A DNA stretch of 64,000 bases from Candidatus Fermentithermobacillaceae bacterium (GCA_018052455.1 JAGPNE010000001.1:295261-359260), one strand, 5' to 3'; counted from the stretch's first letter, positions 29,238-40,287 are shown. Notes: generated by a model from the letters alone, not told the origin. Made by a program: numbers and translations.

Positions 29238-30704
29238 CTACCTGTTCTTAAACATGTCAAACGCCGGTACAACTTCGTCTGGAAGCGCAGTTGTGTAAGG
29301 CTTTCCGCCAGTTCTCTCGAAAAACTCTTCTTTGGCTTCATCAATAAGGGTTCTATCAGATATCAACATGAGGCCCGCCTGAGTCAATGTTCTTGCCGCG
29401 CTCAACATGCCTTCGTGACCTATGTTCATCCCCACCTGGGCCGTATATTGCCAGGAATGGCCAGGAGTCCCCAGCGCAACGCAAGCCGTGTTGAATTGCT
29501 CGGTCGGTGTGCACCAGCTTGCTTCCCCAACGTCTGTTGAACCCCTAGAATCAGACGGAGAGTCTGGACGTCCCAAGACTTCGTCATTTAAGACCTTGCC
29601 CTCTAATTTCGCCTTTTCCACAGCAGGCAGTTTTTCATCGTCAATCATTTCCTCAAACTTTTTCGGAAAAGTCTCTTCGATCTTCCGCGCAAATTCGACA
29701 TCCTCTTCAGTAAACCTAGGTGCACCTGCTATATGCATAGCTTGTCTCAAAACATCCTGCAGGGCCTCGTTTGGAAGAACTTCGTGTACAGCTTCTAGCA
29801 CTTGAACATCAAAACTCGTCTCGGTCATAATCGCTGCACCTTCCGCACACTTCAGAACCCGTTCGTAGATCTCTTCCAGCTGCTGCATCTTTGGGGCTCT
29901 AACATAGTACCAGACGGATGCAAGCGCCGGTACAACGTTCGGTTGAAGTCCACCGTTTGTAGTAACATAGTGAATCCTAGCCTGTTCAATTACATGTTCC
30001 CTAAGATAGTTGGCGCCTATATTCATGATCTCTACAGCATCGAGAGCACTCCTGCCAAGGTGAGGCGCGCCGCCTGCATGCGAAGCAATCCCGTGAAAAG
30101 TTACCACCATAGACTTGACAGCCAGCGAGCTACCACCCCGAACTATGTTCATCGAACCAGGATGCCAAGTCAAACAAATGTCAAGGTCCTGAAAATGGCC
30201 GTCTCTAGCCATAAATGCTTTTCCGCTGAAGTTCTCTTCAGCAGGACAACCAAAGTACTTGATTGTAGCATCGATCCCTCTACTCACAAGTTCTTCCTTA
30301 AGTGCGATTGCAGCTGCAGCACTCCCCACACCTAAGAGGTTGTGTCCACAACCGTGCCCGGAGCCTCCAGGAGTGACTTCCTCTCTTTTCCACGATACCT
30401 TCTGCGACACGCCCGGCAGAGCATCGTACTCCCCGAGAAACCCTATTGCAGGCGTGCCTTTCCCCCACCTAGCTACAAAGGCTGTTGGCATACCCGCTAC
30501 ACCGCTTTCAATGTCAAACCCATGCTCTTTCAGAAACTCCTCTAGTGCACTAGCCGACTGGTATTCGTGAAGACCAAGCTCGGCATATTGCCATATTTCA
30601 TCGCTAAGATGCGCAATTGCTTCAGCGTTCTGGTCAATCCACGCGAAGCCCCTATCGGCTACAACGCCCAAGCGTTCCAAATTCACTTTGTCTGTCATTT
30701 GCAC
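29238..30704 (-). CDS. M20D family amidohydrolase (AbgB-like)
   Basis: 488 aa; HGCGHN and GCPAEE motifs. Confidence 0.75.
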   Translation of the reverse strand: MQMTDKVNLERLGVVADRGFAWIDQNAEAIAHLSDEIWQYAELGLHEYQSASALEEFLKEHGFDIESGVAGMPTAFVARWGKGTPAIGFLGEYDALPGVSQKVSWKREEVTPGGSGHGCGHNLLGVGSAAAAIALKEELVSRGIDATIKYFGCPAEENFSGKAFMARDGHFQDLDICLTWHPGSMNIVRGGSSLAVKSMVVTFHGIASHAGGAPHLGRSALDAVEIMNIGANYLREHVIEQARIHYVTTNGGLQPNVVPALASVWYYVRAPKMQQLEEIYERVLKCAEGAAIMTETSFDVQVLEAVHEVLPNEALQDVLRQAMHIAGAPRFTEEDVEFARKIEETFPKKFEEMIDDEKLPAVEKAKLEGKVLNDEVLGRPDSPSDSRGSTDVGEASWCTPTEQFNTACVALGTPGHSWQYTAQVGMNIGHEGMLSAARTLTQAGLMLISDRTLIDEAKEEFFERTGGKPYTTALPDEVVPAFDMFKNR

Positions 30705-30896
30705 TCCTCATTCCTGACAATAGTCTGTAATCTGTCTTTCATGTGCGGCGTCAGAAAGCAATTGTCCGGAACACTTTCTTCGACTTCTAGTCAAGTTTTC
30801 CCTCCAACGAAGAAGGAATAAAGACTTCGTGTGAGGAAGCTGAACAGGAACCACTATCACTGTAGTTTGTCTATTAGTTAAAGGAGGTGCCTCTTT

Positions 30897-32951
30897 TTGA
30901 CAGCAAAACGAAGGATGAATAGCGAAGACCTCTACAAAATGATCTTTGTATCCGACCCACAGATGTCTCCTGACGGAAAACAAATAGCTTACGTAAAGAC
31001 CGTAATTGACGAGAAGACAAAGGAATATAGGAGCACAATATGGGTAGTCCCTGCAGATGGTTCTGGTAAACCGAGACCCTTTACCTCTGGTCCTAAGAGA
31101 GATACTTCACCAAGATGGTCTCCTGACGGAACCAATCTAGCTTTCGTGTCAGATAGGACAGATGAGAAGCAAGTGTGGATTATGGATACTTCGGGCGGTG
31201 AAGGTCTGCAACTGACCAGTATGCGCAGGGGAGCTTCAAATCCAGTCTGGTCTCCAGATGGCAAGAAGATCTGCTTCACGGCCCAGGTGAACCCGGAAGA
31301 TCCCCTCGATGAACTGCAGAAACCGCTAGATGAGAAAGCTAAGGAAGCCGAGAAGAAAAAGAAACTGGAAGAGCCCACATTGGTAACCAGATTGAAAATG
31401 AAGTCTGACGCAGCGATGGGACTCATAGGAAACAGTAGAAGCCACCTATTTGTACAGCCAGTTTGCGGAAAAGAACCTGCTAAGCAAATAACGTCGGGCG
31501 ATTTTGACCATTTTGGTCCTGCGTGGTCGCCCGATGGGAACTATATTGCATTTTGTGCAAATAGGCAGAAGGATCCAGATCGAGATCCGTGGATCGTAGA
31601 TATCTTCACTGTCCAGTCTGACGGTGGCGAACCAACCAAGATCACAGACAGCAAAGGACCCTCAACGAGCCCTGCCTGGACTCCCGATGGACAATATATC
31701 ATCTATGCAGGTCACAAACGCGAGTACGGGTCGGCGACACTGACGAAGATCTGGAAAGTGCCTTCAGAAGGCGGCGAATCAGTCTTACTGACTGGTTCTT
31801 TTGATCGCTCAGTAGGAGACAGTATGGCTGGAGATAGCCACTTTGGTCAATCAGAAAACGGGCCTATCATAAGTCCTGACGGAAGAACCATATACTTCCT
31901 TGCCAGCGACAGCGGAAACACCTCACTGTTTGCCGTCCCCTTAGAGGGCGGAGACGTAGACCTCGTCCTGGGCGGAAAACGTCAGATATTCGGCTTCACC
32001 ATCGACAGATCCGGAACGACGTTTGCAATAGCTCTTTCAACCCCAACCATCCCCGGTGACATTGGTGTTTTCCAGAAAGGTCCTAGCAAAGAATGTCTGC
32101 TCACGGCCGAAAACAAGGAACTTCTGGAAGAAGTCTACCTCAGCGAGCCGGAACCACTAGACTTCAAATCCAAAGACGGACAAGATAGGCTCGGCTGGGT
32201 TATGAAGCCAATTGGATATCAGAAAGGCAAGAAATATCCTGCAATTCTTGAGATTCACGGCGGACCCGCGTCAATGTATGGGTGCAATTTCTTCTTCGAA
32301 TTTCAAGTGCTCGCTGCAAAGGGATACACTGTATTATATACAAATCCCAGAGGCGGTGAGGGTTTTGGCCAGGAATTCCTCCATGCCGTAATAGGAGACT
32401 ACGGCGGTATGGATTACGAGGATCTCATGACCTGGATTGATTTTGCTGCTTGCCATGATCTGATCGATGAAAGCAACCTGGGCGTTACGGGAGGCAGTTA
32501 CGGCGGCTTCATGACAAACTGGATCGTGGGCCACACAGACAAGTTCAAAGCTGCTGTTACTCAAAGAAGTATTTCTAACTGGATCTCGTTCCACGGTGTA
32601 TCTGATATAGGATACACATTCACCGAAACACAGATTCTAGGCAATCCGTGGAAAGACTATGACCTTTTGTGGAAGCACTCGCCTCTTGCCTATGTAGAAA
32701 ACGTAACCACGCCTATTTTAATAATCCATGCTGAAAAAGACCAAAGGTGTCCAATTGAGCAAGGCGAACAATTTTACGTGGCGCTAAAGAAATTGGGCAA
32801 AGAAGCTGAGATGGCAAGGTTCCCCGAGTCAAATCATGAATTATCGCGTTCAGGAAAGCCTGTTTTGCGCGTGCACAGACTAAACCAAATTCTGAGATGG
32901 TTCGATGCGCACTTGCAAAAGAATCAAGAGGATTATGACCTTCCCCTCTAA
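30897..32951 (+). CDS. S9 family serine peptidase with N-terminal TolB-like beta-propeller
   Basis: PD40-like repeats (SPDGK..., WSPDG...), catalytic GGSYGG and a His near the C-terminus. Confidence 0.85.
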   Translation: MTAKRRMNSEDLYKMIFVSDPQMSPDGKQIAYVKTVIDEKTKEYRSTIWVVPADGSGKPRPFTSGPKRDTSPRWSPDGTNLAFVSDRTDEKQVWIMDTSGGEGLQLTSMRRGASNPVWSPDGKKICFTAQVNPEDPLDELQKPLDEKAKEAEKKKKLEEPTLVTRLKMKSDAAMGLIGNSRSHLFVQPVCGKEPAKQITSGDFDHFGPAWSPDGNYIAFCANRQKDPDRDPWIVDIFTVQSDGGEPTKITDSKGPSTSPAWTPDGQYIIYAGHKREYGSATLTKIWKVPSEGGESVLLTGSFDRSVGDSMAGDSHFGQSENGPIISPDGRTIYFLASDSGNTSLFAVPLEGGDVDLVLGGKRQIFGFTIDRSGTTFAIALSTPTIPGDIGVFQKGPSKECLLTAENKELLEEVYLSEPEPLDFKSKDGQDRLGWVMKPIGYQKGKKYPAILEIHGGPASMYGCNFFFEFQVLAAKGYTVLYTNPRGGEGFGQEFLHAVIGDYGGMDYEDLMTWIDFAACHDLIDESNLGVTGGSYGGFMTNWIVGHTDKFKAAVTQRSISNWISFHGVSDIGYTFTETQILGNPWKDYDLLWKHSPLAYVENVTTPILIIHAEKDQRCPIEQGEQFYVALKKLGKEAEMARFPESNHELSRSGKPVLRVHRLNQILRWFDAHLQKNQEDYDLPL

Positions 32952-33003
32952 CAGGATAAGACATGAGACACGGGAAGAAATCAAGTAGAACAGGAGGAAG
33001 AAT

Positions 33004-33858
33004 ATGTTAAAAACAAACGAAGATCGTCTGGTAATGCTGTCGGTCATGGGCGAAGTTTCATCACCTGGGGCCAGACCCCGAATATGCTATGATGGGCATG
33101 TGCGCGTCACCCCAGGTACTGGCGGAATAACGTACAATGTCAAGGTTGGTGACCCAGCGTTTGGTTGGGCCGGCGATCACGTAGAACCTGGTGTAAGCAC
33201 CAAGAACTTGGACCAAAACGCAAACCAAGGATACAACACTCTATCATGCATAGGTAACACAGCCTATGTAGTCTCGGGAGATGCCAAAGGTGCTACTGGA
33301 GTAGTCACAGGTAAGCACGGCGGGATTGAGCACGTACTGGTTCACTTCGAAAAGGACATCCTGGAAAAACTCCAAATTGGCGACAAAGTTCAGATTCGGT
33401 CTATGGGGCAGGGTCTAGAACTCACCGGCTACCCGGATGTAAAGTGCATGAATCTATCCCCACTATTCCTGCATAGCATGGGCATTCAAGAGAAAGAGAG
33501 TATCCTCGAAGTACCCGTTTCCGCAATGGTACCTCCCGAGTTCATGGGCAGCGGCTTAGGAGCTTCTTCTGCCGAAACAGGTGACTATGATATCACTTCT
33601 ATGGAGGAAGAAAGGCTCAAGGAATTAGGGCTTGACAAAATAAGGCTGGGAGACATTGTGGCTATTCTAGACTCCTCATCGTACTACGGCAGAAGCTACA
33701 GACGCGGCGCAGTCATAATCGGCATAGTCGTGCACAGTAACTCTTTTGTATCGGGGCACGGGCCAGGCGTGACGTCGCTGCTAACATCTTTGAGCGGCAA
33801 GATCAAACCAGTGAAGTCTGAAAGGGCCAACATAGCCGACTATCTCAACCTGAAATAG
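33004..33858 (+). CDS. conserved hypothetical protein (possibly DUF4438-like)
   Basis: 284-aa ORF with an AGGAGG SD. No motif I can name with certainty. Embedded among peptidase genes. Confidence 0.5.
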   Translation: MLKTNEDRLVMLSVMGEVSSPGARPRICYDGHVRVTPGTGGITYNVKVGDPAFGWAGDHVEPGVSTKNLDQNANQGYNTLSCIGNTAYVVSGDAKGATGVVTGKHGGIEHVLVHFEKDILEKLQIGDKVQIRSMGQGLELTGYPDVKCMNLSPLFLHSMGIQEKESILEVPVSAMVPPEFMGSGLGASSAETGDYDITSMEEERLKELGLDKIRLGDIVAILDSSSYYGRSYRRGAVIIGIVVHSNSFVSGHGPGVTSLLTSLSGKIKPVKSERANIADYLNLK

Positions 33859-33877
33859 CAAGAAGTCTTTTCTCACA

Positions 33878-33907
33878 GATACAGGCGGAACAAGTTCCGC
33901 CTGTATC
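33878..33907. terminator. bidirectional hairpin (gatacaggcggaac/gttccgcctgtatc)
   Basis: perfect inverted repeat between convergent genes. Confidence 0.5.
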
Positions 33908-33949
33908 TTCGTTGGCGTCGGGGTTGGTTTTTCAGAGAAGATTCCATTG

Positions 33950-34813
33950 CTAATCGGCTTCTTCTTTATGAACTACTACCCTGGGGTAAGATATCTCTAT
34001 GGATGCGGCATCCAGCGCCTCTTTTAGCCTAAACCTGATATGCCGCTCAACGCTCCACTGACTCAAAGGCTCGGTTCTTGCCCAAATCAAGAAAGTTGGC
34101 CCTAATTCACCCAACTTGGTAACGCCTAATACCCTCGGCCCTTCGACGATTGAAGGTAATTCGCTCTTAACCTTCTCGCACACATCTTGCATCACCTGTG
34201 TGACTTTCTCCAAATCCTCAGCATATGGAACTGAAACTTCCACAAGTGCCCTTGACGCGCTTCTGCTGCAATTTGTGGTTTTGTCAACTAATCCGTTAGG
34301 CACTGTGTGGACATCTCCAGACCAGTCTCTAAGCACAGTGGTTCGCAGACCCACCTGTTCCACTACTCCCGATACTTCCGCTATCTTCACATATTCCCCC
34401 ACATCGTATTGCCGTTCATAGATTATGAAGAAACCGGAGATCACATCTCTCACCAAGTTCTGCGCCCCAAAGCTTATGGTAAGACCAAGCACCGCAGCTC
34501 CGCCCAAAAGGGCCTTCGTGTCTATTCCAAAAACGTCAAGAACCATAAACAGAACTATAAGCCCCATTACGTACTTGAGCGCATTTTTCAGCAGACCTGA
34601 AAGCGTTTTTGCCCTGCTCTCATCTATAGCAAAAGGATGTGACTTCTCAGCGGGCCTGGCGAAGAACCGGCCTATGAGAGAGTTTCCAATTCTAACCATT
34701 GTGTAGGCAACGATCAGGATTGCGCTAATCTTGACCACCACAGCTCCTGTGCTAAGCCAGAACTCGGACTCAAAAAAAGAGACGTTGCTACTCAAACACC
34801 AAGGAAATCCCAT
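33950..34813 (-). CDS. mechanosensitive ion channel, MscS family
   Basis: 3 N-terminal TM helices plus MscS beta-domain. Confidence 0.85.
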   Translation of the reverse strand: MGFPWCLSSNVSFFESEFWLSTGAVVVKISAILIVAYTMVRIGNSLIGRFFARPAEKSHPFAIDESRAKTLSGLLKNALKYVMGLIVLFMVLDVFGIDTKALLGGAAVLGLTISFGAQNLVRDVISGFFIIYERQYDVGEYVKIAEVSGVVEQVGLRTTVLRDWSGDVHTVPNGLVDKTTNCSRSASRALVEVSVPYAEDLEKVTQVMQDVCEKVKSELPSIVEGPRVLGVTKLGELGPTFLIWARTEPLSQWSVERHIRFRLKEALDAASIEISYPRVVVHKEEAD

Positions 34814-34982
34814 GAATACTCACCTCTTTTCTGGGGCACCCCGGGCTAAGATGACTTTTTCCCCCTTCCGCATGTTTTGCTAACCTAGACTTTCGCAGCA
34901 GTGAAGGTTAATTCCTTTTAGATGGCGAAGACGTATCATGTGTCAATATCGAAGTGCTTTTTATTTTGGGGAGGTGCAACGC

Positions 34983-36371
34983 ATGGAAAACAATGAAGCG
35001 GAGATGAAGTTCATAGACGACAACTTCGACGCATTTGTCTTGGAACTGCAAGAAGCCGTCAGAAAGCCTAGCATTGCAGCGCAAAACGTAGGAATGGAAG
35101 ATACCGCGCAATATTTCAAGGACCTTATGGGTAGCTATGGCATAGACGCGAGAATGATCCCTACGAAAGGCTATCCAGTCGTCTACGGTGAGGTCAAAGG
35201 AAAGTCGGAAAAGACAGTGCTTTTTTACAACCACTATGACGTTCAACCGCCTGATCCTTTGGAGGAATGGGAGTCAGATCCCTTTGGCGCAGACATTAGA
35301 GATGGCAAGATCTACGGGCGGGGAGTGTCAGACAATAAAGGCAATGCATGTGCGCGGATCCAGGCAATCGGCACTATGCTGAAATTGCGAAAAGAACTTC
35401 CTCTGACAGTCAAATTTCTCATTGAAGGCGAAGAGGAAATTGGAAGCCCTAGCCTTTCGGATTTTGTAGAGGAAAATACAGACCTTCTTAGGGCTGACTA
35501 CGGTGTCTGGGAGTCTGGTTATATGAACCCCAATGGCAGACCTGGCATATATCTCGGGGTCAAGGGCATGCTATACGTAGAACTCGCGGCGAAAGGTGCC
35601 TCTAAAGATATGCATTCTGGATCTGCAACTACAGTACCAAATCCCGCATGGCGCTTAATATGGGCACTATCAAGCATAAAAGATGCTAATGAACAAATCC
35701 TTATTCCCGGTTTCTACGATGATGTGCTGCCGCCAACTGCAAAAGAAATAGAACTCCTAAAGGACGCCATAGATGATAAAGAACTATCAGACGAGGAATC
35801 TAGACAGCTAGCAAGACAGAAGGCTCAATCGCTTGGCCTGGAAAACTACTTGCTTGACCTGTACGGTTTTGATCTGCACAAGCGTTCCTTGTTTAGCCCC
35901 ACCGCAAATATATGCGGCTTGAAGTCAGGTTACATTGGCGAAGGCCAAAAAACCGTCTTGCCTTCGCGGGCGCTAGCGAAAATGGATTACCGACTCGTTC
36001 CAGACCAAGACCCTAATGACATATTGGAAAAACTCAAGGAACATCTCCTTCGCCAAGGCTTTGGAGACATAGAAGTCCGCCTTGTAAGCCTTGATTATCC
36101 AGTAAAGACACCTGCGGAACTGCCGGTAGTAGATGCGGCGACAAGAGCTGCCCTTTCTGTTTACGGAAATGCACCCGTGGTCTCCCCCACCCAGGGAGGA
36201 TCAGGGCCTATGTACCCTTTCAAAAAGCACCTTGACCTGTCTTTTGTTTCTTTCGGCGTCGGCTATTGGGACTCTTCTAACCATGCGCCAAATGAGAACA
36301 TCCGACTAAAAGATTACAAGTCAGGCTTGAAAATGGTAATAGACTTTGTGGACAAGGCTGCGCGGATCTAA
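34983..36371 (+). CDS. M20 family dipeptidase
   Basis: HYDVQP, GRGVSDNKG and EGEEEIGS motifs. Start at the Met of MENNEAEM. Confidence 0.8.
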   Translation: MENNEAEMKFIDDNFDAFVLELQEAVRKPSIAAQNVGMEDTAQYFKDLMGSYGIDARMIPTKGYPVVYGEVKGKSEKTVLFYNHYDVQPPDPLEEWESDPFGADIRDGKIYGRGVSDNKGNACARIQAIGTMLKLRKELPLTVKFLIEGEEEIGSPSLSDFVEENTDLLRADYGVWESGYMNPNGRPGIYLGVKGMLYVELAAKGASKDMHSGSATTVPNPAWRLIWALSSIKDANEQILIPGFYDDVLPPTAKEIELLKDAIDDKELSDEESRQLARQKAQSLGLENYLLDLYGFDLHKRSLFSPTANICGLKSGYIGEGQKTVLPSRALAKMDYRLVPDQDPNDILEKLKEHLLRQGFGDIEVRLVSLDYPVKTPAELPVVDAATRAALSVYGNAPVVSPTQGGSGPMYPFKKHLDLSFVSFGVGYWDSSNHAPNENIRLKDYKSGLKMVIDFVDKAARI

Positions 36372-36382
36372 TATAGGTTTGC

Positions 36383-36425
36383 AAAAAGGCTCACAAAAAC
36401 TACCTAGCGATTCTTGTGAGCCTTT
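36383..36425. terminator. bidirectional hairpin (aaaaggctcacaa/ttgtgagcctttt)
   Basis: 13-bp perfect arms flanked by A/T runs, between convergent genes. Confidence 0.55.
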
Positions 36426-36449
36426 TCCCAATACTGGATAATCTCTCTA

Positions 36450-37232
36450 TCAGGCGATACCTCCACCATCCACTACTAGAGTGGTTCCAGTTATCCAACC
36501 AGAGAGATCGCTAGCCAAGAACAAAACTGCGTTGGCTATGTCACGAGGCACGCCTATTCTTCGAAGTGGCCTGTCCACTCCCGAAGATCTTAGAAACTTC
36601 TCTTCATCATACCCAAGCTGTTTGGCTTCTCCCCGGAGCATGGGAGTATCAGTGTCACCAGGGCAAACACAGTTCACTCTTATGTTATCGGGCCCATGAT
36701 CTATTGCCATCGCACGGGTAAGATTCACGACACCCGCTTTGGCTGCACAGTAGGAAGCCGCCTTGTCTCCCCCTTTAAGACCCCAACCGGATCCGGTGTT
36801 GATTATGCTCCCTCCACCACATCGGGTCATAACCGGAATAACGTATTTTGACATTAGGTAGGTACCCTTTAGACAAACTCCTAGTACCATATCCCATTCG
36901 CTTTCTTGATGCTCAACAACGTCTTTCCTCACGATGACCCCTGCGTTGTTAAAAAGAATGTCTATATGGCCATGCTGTGTCTCGATCTTTTCTACTGCCG
37001 CCTGACATGAAGAGTCTGAAGTAACATTGCACTCCAAAAACTGGCAGTATCCCCAGCGGTCCGATATGCTCCTTGCTGCTCCCAGACCCTTTTCGGGGTT
37101 TATATCAAGAATTACAACGTCTGCCCCATATTCAGCTAGTATTTCAGCAGAAGCTAGACCTATCCCCGATGCCCCTCCGGTCACTATAGCAGTTCTACCC
37201 TCCAAAACGAGGGGATTTTCGTATTTACGCAT
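36450..37232 (-). CDS. SDR family oxidoreductase
   Basis: TGGASGIG Rossmann motif, YxxxK active site. Confidence 0.85.
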   Translation of the reverse strand: MRKYENPLVLEGRTAIVTGGASGIGLASAEILAEYGADVVILDINPEKGLGAARSISDRWGYCQFLECNVTSDSSCQAAVEKIETQHGHIDILFNNAGVIVRKDVVEHQESEWDMVLGVCLKGTYLMSKYVIPVMTRCGGGSIINTGSGWGLKGGDKAASYCAAKAGVVNLTRAMAIDHGPDNIRVNCVCPGDTDTPMLRGEAKQLGYDEEKFLRSSGVDRPLRRIGVPRDIANAVLFLASDLSGWITGTTLVVDGGGIA

Positions 37233-37245
37233 GCAGACTCCCTCC

Positions 37246-38802
37246 TCAGACTGTATGTTTCTTCAAATATGACCTCCATGTTATGGCCCACTTCGAAGGG
37301 TCATCGAACCAATCCTGAGAGATCTTGTGCACCACGCTTCTGTGAGGAGCGTTGCGCAAGACCTCGGGGCACTCATATGCTTCGCGTGACACTTCTTCTA
37401 GCGCTTCTACATATTCGTCTAGTTCTTCCTTTGACCACGATTCTGTAGGCTCTAGTGTAAAAGGTTCTGGAACAATCCACGGATGATGGCTTGTCCAATA
37501 ATGAAGCCCAAAGTCACACATCCTCCTCTGGACATCTTCGGTCGTAATAGTGGTTTCCTCTGTCAAAGGAGCCCAGCTGTACCGAACCTGCTCAAAGCGG
37601 TGTTCCCCAGGAGCATACGGGATATGAACTCCCTTTATCTTTTTTATCCTTGAAAGAAGGTAGTTGCTGTTTAAGACTGCTACCTTGGCTACCTCCCTAA
37701 GACCATCCTCTCCGAGACTCATCATCCACGCATAGGCTCTCACTACTGCAGGGATCCCCCCGTAAAACATCTTGATCTTGCCTATTGAATCCGGAAGGTC
37801 GTAATTCAGACTGTATTTTTTCCCATCAAAATCAACTATGGGAACGGGCAAAAACCTTTCGAGATCCTTCCTAACCCCTAGAGCACCCGAACCGGGTCCT
37901 CCACATCCGTGCGGCGAAGAAAAAGTCTTATGCAGGTTGAAAAAACACATATCGAAGCCTGCTTCCTTGGCTCTCGTAATTCCCAAAATCCCATTCGCAT
38001 TTGCCTGGTCATAACCGCATAGTCCGCCCACCTCATGCACAATCTGCGTGAACTCTCTGATCCGCGGATTAAATACGCCAGTGTCCTCAGGATTAGTCAC
38101 AATCAGGCCTGCTGTCCGTTGAGATACCGCATTCTTTAGCGCTTCCAAATCCGGATAGCCGTTCTCATCGGGATAGATTGTGACGACCCTGAACCCTTTG
38201 ACCGCAGAAGCTGCGGCATTAGAAGGATGGGAGAATATCGTGGTTATGATCTCGTCGCGATCCTGCTCCTCGTTTCTGGATTTTTGGTAAGCACGCATAA
38301 TGGATGCCATACCTAGGGCCGCTTGAGAACCCCCGCCAGGCTGGAATGAAAAGCGATCAAGACCAGATAATTCCCTAAGGAAAAGGTCGGTTTTATACAT
38401 TATCTCAAGTACGCCTTGCACTGTCTCTGATGGCTGATTAGGGTGCAGATCTTCAATCTTGGAAGACGAAGCAAATCTCTCATTTACTTTGGGACTATAC
38501 TTCATAGTGCAAGTCCCCTGCCCTATCTCTATGTTAACATCGGCGCCCAATGTCTCTTGTGAGAGGTGGAGGTAGTGCCTCAAAACCTGCGCCTGAGACA
38601 ATTCCGGGAGAGTAGGAGGACTCTTTCTTCTGACAACTTCAGGCAAGTTCTCCCACGGATTCCCGACTTCATCTATTACGTCATCCTCGGCTTCTTGGAC
38701 GCAAATTGCTCGTTGCCCCGGTATACTCAGTTCGAATATTATGGGTTCGTCCCACTTGGCTTGATGAAAGCCTCGGCGTAGCAACGGTCGTTCCCTTTTC
38801 AT
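37246..38802 (-). CDS. gcvPB: glycine dehydrogenase (decarboxylating) subunit 2
   Basis: NLHKTFSSPHGCGGPG PLP-lysine motif. Confidence 0.9.
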   Translation of the reverse strand: MKRERPLLRRGFHQAKWDEPIIFELSIPGQRAICVQEAEDDVIDEVGNPWENLPEVVRRKSPPTLPELSQAQVLRHYLHLSQETLGADVNIEIGQGTCTMKYSPKVNERFASSSKIEDLHPNQPSETVQGVLEIMYKTDLFLRELSGLDRFSFQPGGGSQAALGMASIMRAYQKSRNEEQDRDEIITTIFSHPSNAAASAVKGFRVVTIYPDENGYPDLEALKNAVSQRTAGLIVTNPEDTGVFNPRIREFTQIVHEVGGLCGYDQANANGILGITRAKEAGFDMCFFNLHKTFSSPHGCGGPGSGALGVRKDLERFLPVPIVDFDGKKYSLNYDLPDSIGKIKMFYGGIPAVVRAYAWMMSLGEDGLREVAKVAVLNSNYLLSRIKKIKGVHIPYAPGEHRFEQVRYSWAPLTEETTITTEDVQRRMCDFGLHYWTSHHPWIVPEPFTLEPTESWSKEELDEYVEALEEVSREAYECPEVLRNAPHRSVVHKISQDWFDDPSKWAITWRSYLKKHTV

Positions 38803-40226
38803 CGACTCCGCCCTCCTTCTGCTCCATGCACGATTTCTTCGAGCGCATCACACAACAAGAGTACATCGTTTCTCCTGTGGACCTCTGTTACGCAATAAAT
38901 AGCAGTCTGACCCAGTTCAGGAAACTCCTGAGATATGTCCTTGCCTCCAAAGATCCCTCTGGACAGAAGTTCACGGTTGACCTTTTCAACGGTAAGGCCA
39001 GTCTTGTCGAAATTGACCGCGAACTCTTTGAAGAAATGGCTCTGAAAACCGTGTATCTGTATTCCTTCTATCCCTCCGATTTTCTTGGCTGCGTAGGCAG
39101 AGTTGCGCATTATTGTCTCGCCTACCTCTATCATTCCCAAAGGCCCCATGAGTGCGAGATAAACTCCTGCAGTAATACCCCACAGAGCCGCCGCAGTCCC
39201 TACAAACTCCTTACCCATCTCCCTTTTCGCGAAAGAAGTTCTATCGTACAACACATCTCCGAAGCCCCATTCTCCTTCTACTTCTGTCTGCGCGATGCCG
39301 AACAGTCTAGAAGGATACTCTGCCACAAATTCTTCTTTATCATGGCTGGCAACGAATCCGGCTACACCCCCACCATAGTTCATGTGAATACCCAGGGTCT
39401 GAATATCACCTACCACAATGTCGGCGCCATAGTGGGAAGGTGGCGCAAGTACTCCCAGTGTAATTGGATCTACTCCTACAAGCATAAGGGAGCCGTTTTC
39501 GTGGGCTATCTCAGCGATATTCTGGCCCATCGTTTCTATAAGCCCAAAGTAGTTTGGATTTTCGAAATACACCGCTGCTACATTGCGCGTAAGCTTTGCC
39601 ACAAGGTCTGACACATCGACACACCCAGTATTGGCATCGTATCCCACTTTCTCTACCGTCATCGCCGGGTCTGCGTAATTCTTGATGGCCAGTAGTCTCT
39701 GCGGGTTTATGTTCCCAGCCACCAAAATTGCGTTCCGTTGCGTTATGCGACCAGCCATTCTCACTGCAGTCGCAGCTGCCTGGCACCAATCGTACGTAGG
39801 AACGTTTACAACATCCATATCTAGAAGCTCTGCCATCATACTTTGGTACTCAAAAAGCGCCTGAAATCTTCCGTGGTCTTCGTACGGTTCTCCGGCATAC
39901 GACGTCAGAAACTCAGACCTAGATGCCACTTCGTCACATATTGCGGGTACGTAGTGCTGATAGCAACCTGCGCCAAGAAAACTCAGGCACTCCTTTGTCG
40001 TCTTGTTTCCTGACAGGAGATCTTCCATGTGCCGTGAGAGGCCTTCTTCTGAAAGAATTGCCCTCGGTAGATCCATCTTGCCTTTGTATCTGAGATCTTC
40101 AGGAATTCCAGAAAAAAGCTCTTCAGTATCAGTTATCCCGACCTCTCGCATCATTTCCTCCTGTACTTGTGTCTGAGAGTTCGGGATGTAAGGATGCGCA
40201 CGCCTGCGTTCACCCATAAATATCAC
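38799..40226 (-). CDS. gcvPA: glycine dehydrogenase (decarboxylating) subunit 1
   Basis: full-length GcvPA similarity; 4-nt overlap with gcvPB. Confidence 0.9.
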   Translation of the reverse strand: MIFMGERRRAHPYIPNSQTQVQEEMMREVGITDTEELFSGIPEDLRYKGKMDLPRAILSEEGLSRHMEDLLSGNKTTKECLSFLGAGCYQHYVPAICDEVASRSEFLTSYAGEPYEDHGRFQALFEYQSMMAELLDMDVVNVPTYDWCQAAATAVRMAGRITQRNAILVAGNINPQRLLAIKNYADPAMTVEKVGYDANTGCVDVSDLVAKLTRNVAAVYFENPNYFGLIETMGQNIAEIAHENGSLMLVGVDPITLGVLAPPSHYGADIVVGDIQTLGIHMNYGGGVAGFVASHDKEEFVAEYPSRLFGIAQTEVEGEWGFGDVLYDRTSFAKREMGKEFVGTAAALWGITAGVYLALMGPLGMIEVGETIMRNSAYAAKKIGGIEGIQIHGFQSHFFKEFAVNFDKTGLTVEKVNRELLSRGIFGGKDISQEFPELGQTAIYCVTEVHRRNDVLLLCDALEEIVHGAEGGRSR

Positions 40227-40287
40227 CCTTTCTTAAGCAAATCGGACATTTTGCACTCTCCATGAGATACCATTGACCTTTGACCAT

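Noticed and set aside
38706-39611. 301-aa ORF on the plus strand
   Set aside because: Antisense to gcvPA and gcvPB with no recognisable motifs. Shadow ORF.
40227-40287. Possible glycine riboswitch upstream of gcvPA
   Set aside because: Only a 60-bp gap with no glycine-aptamer-like sequence. gcvP here is probably co-transcribed with the upstream EamA gene or regulated elsewhere.
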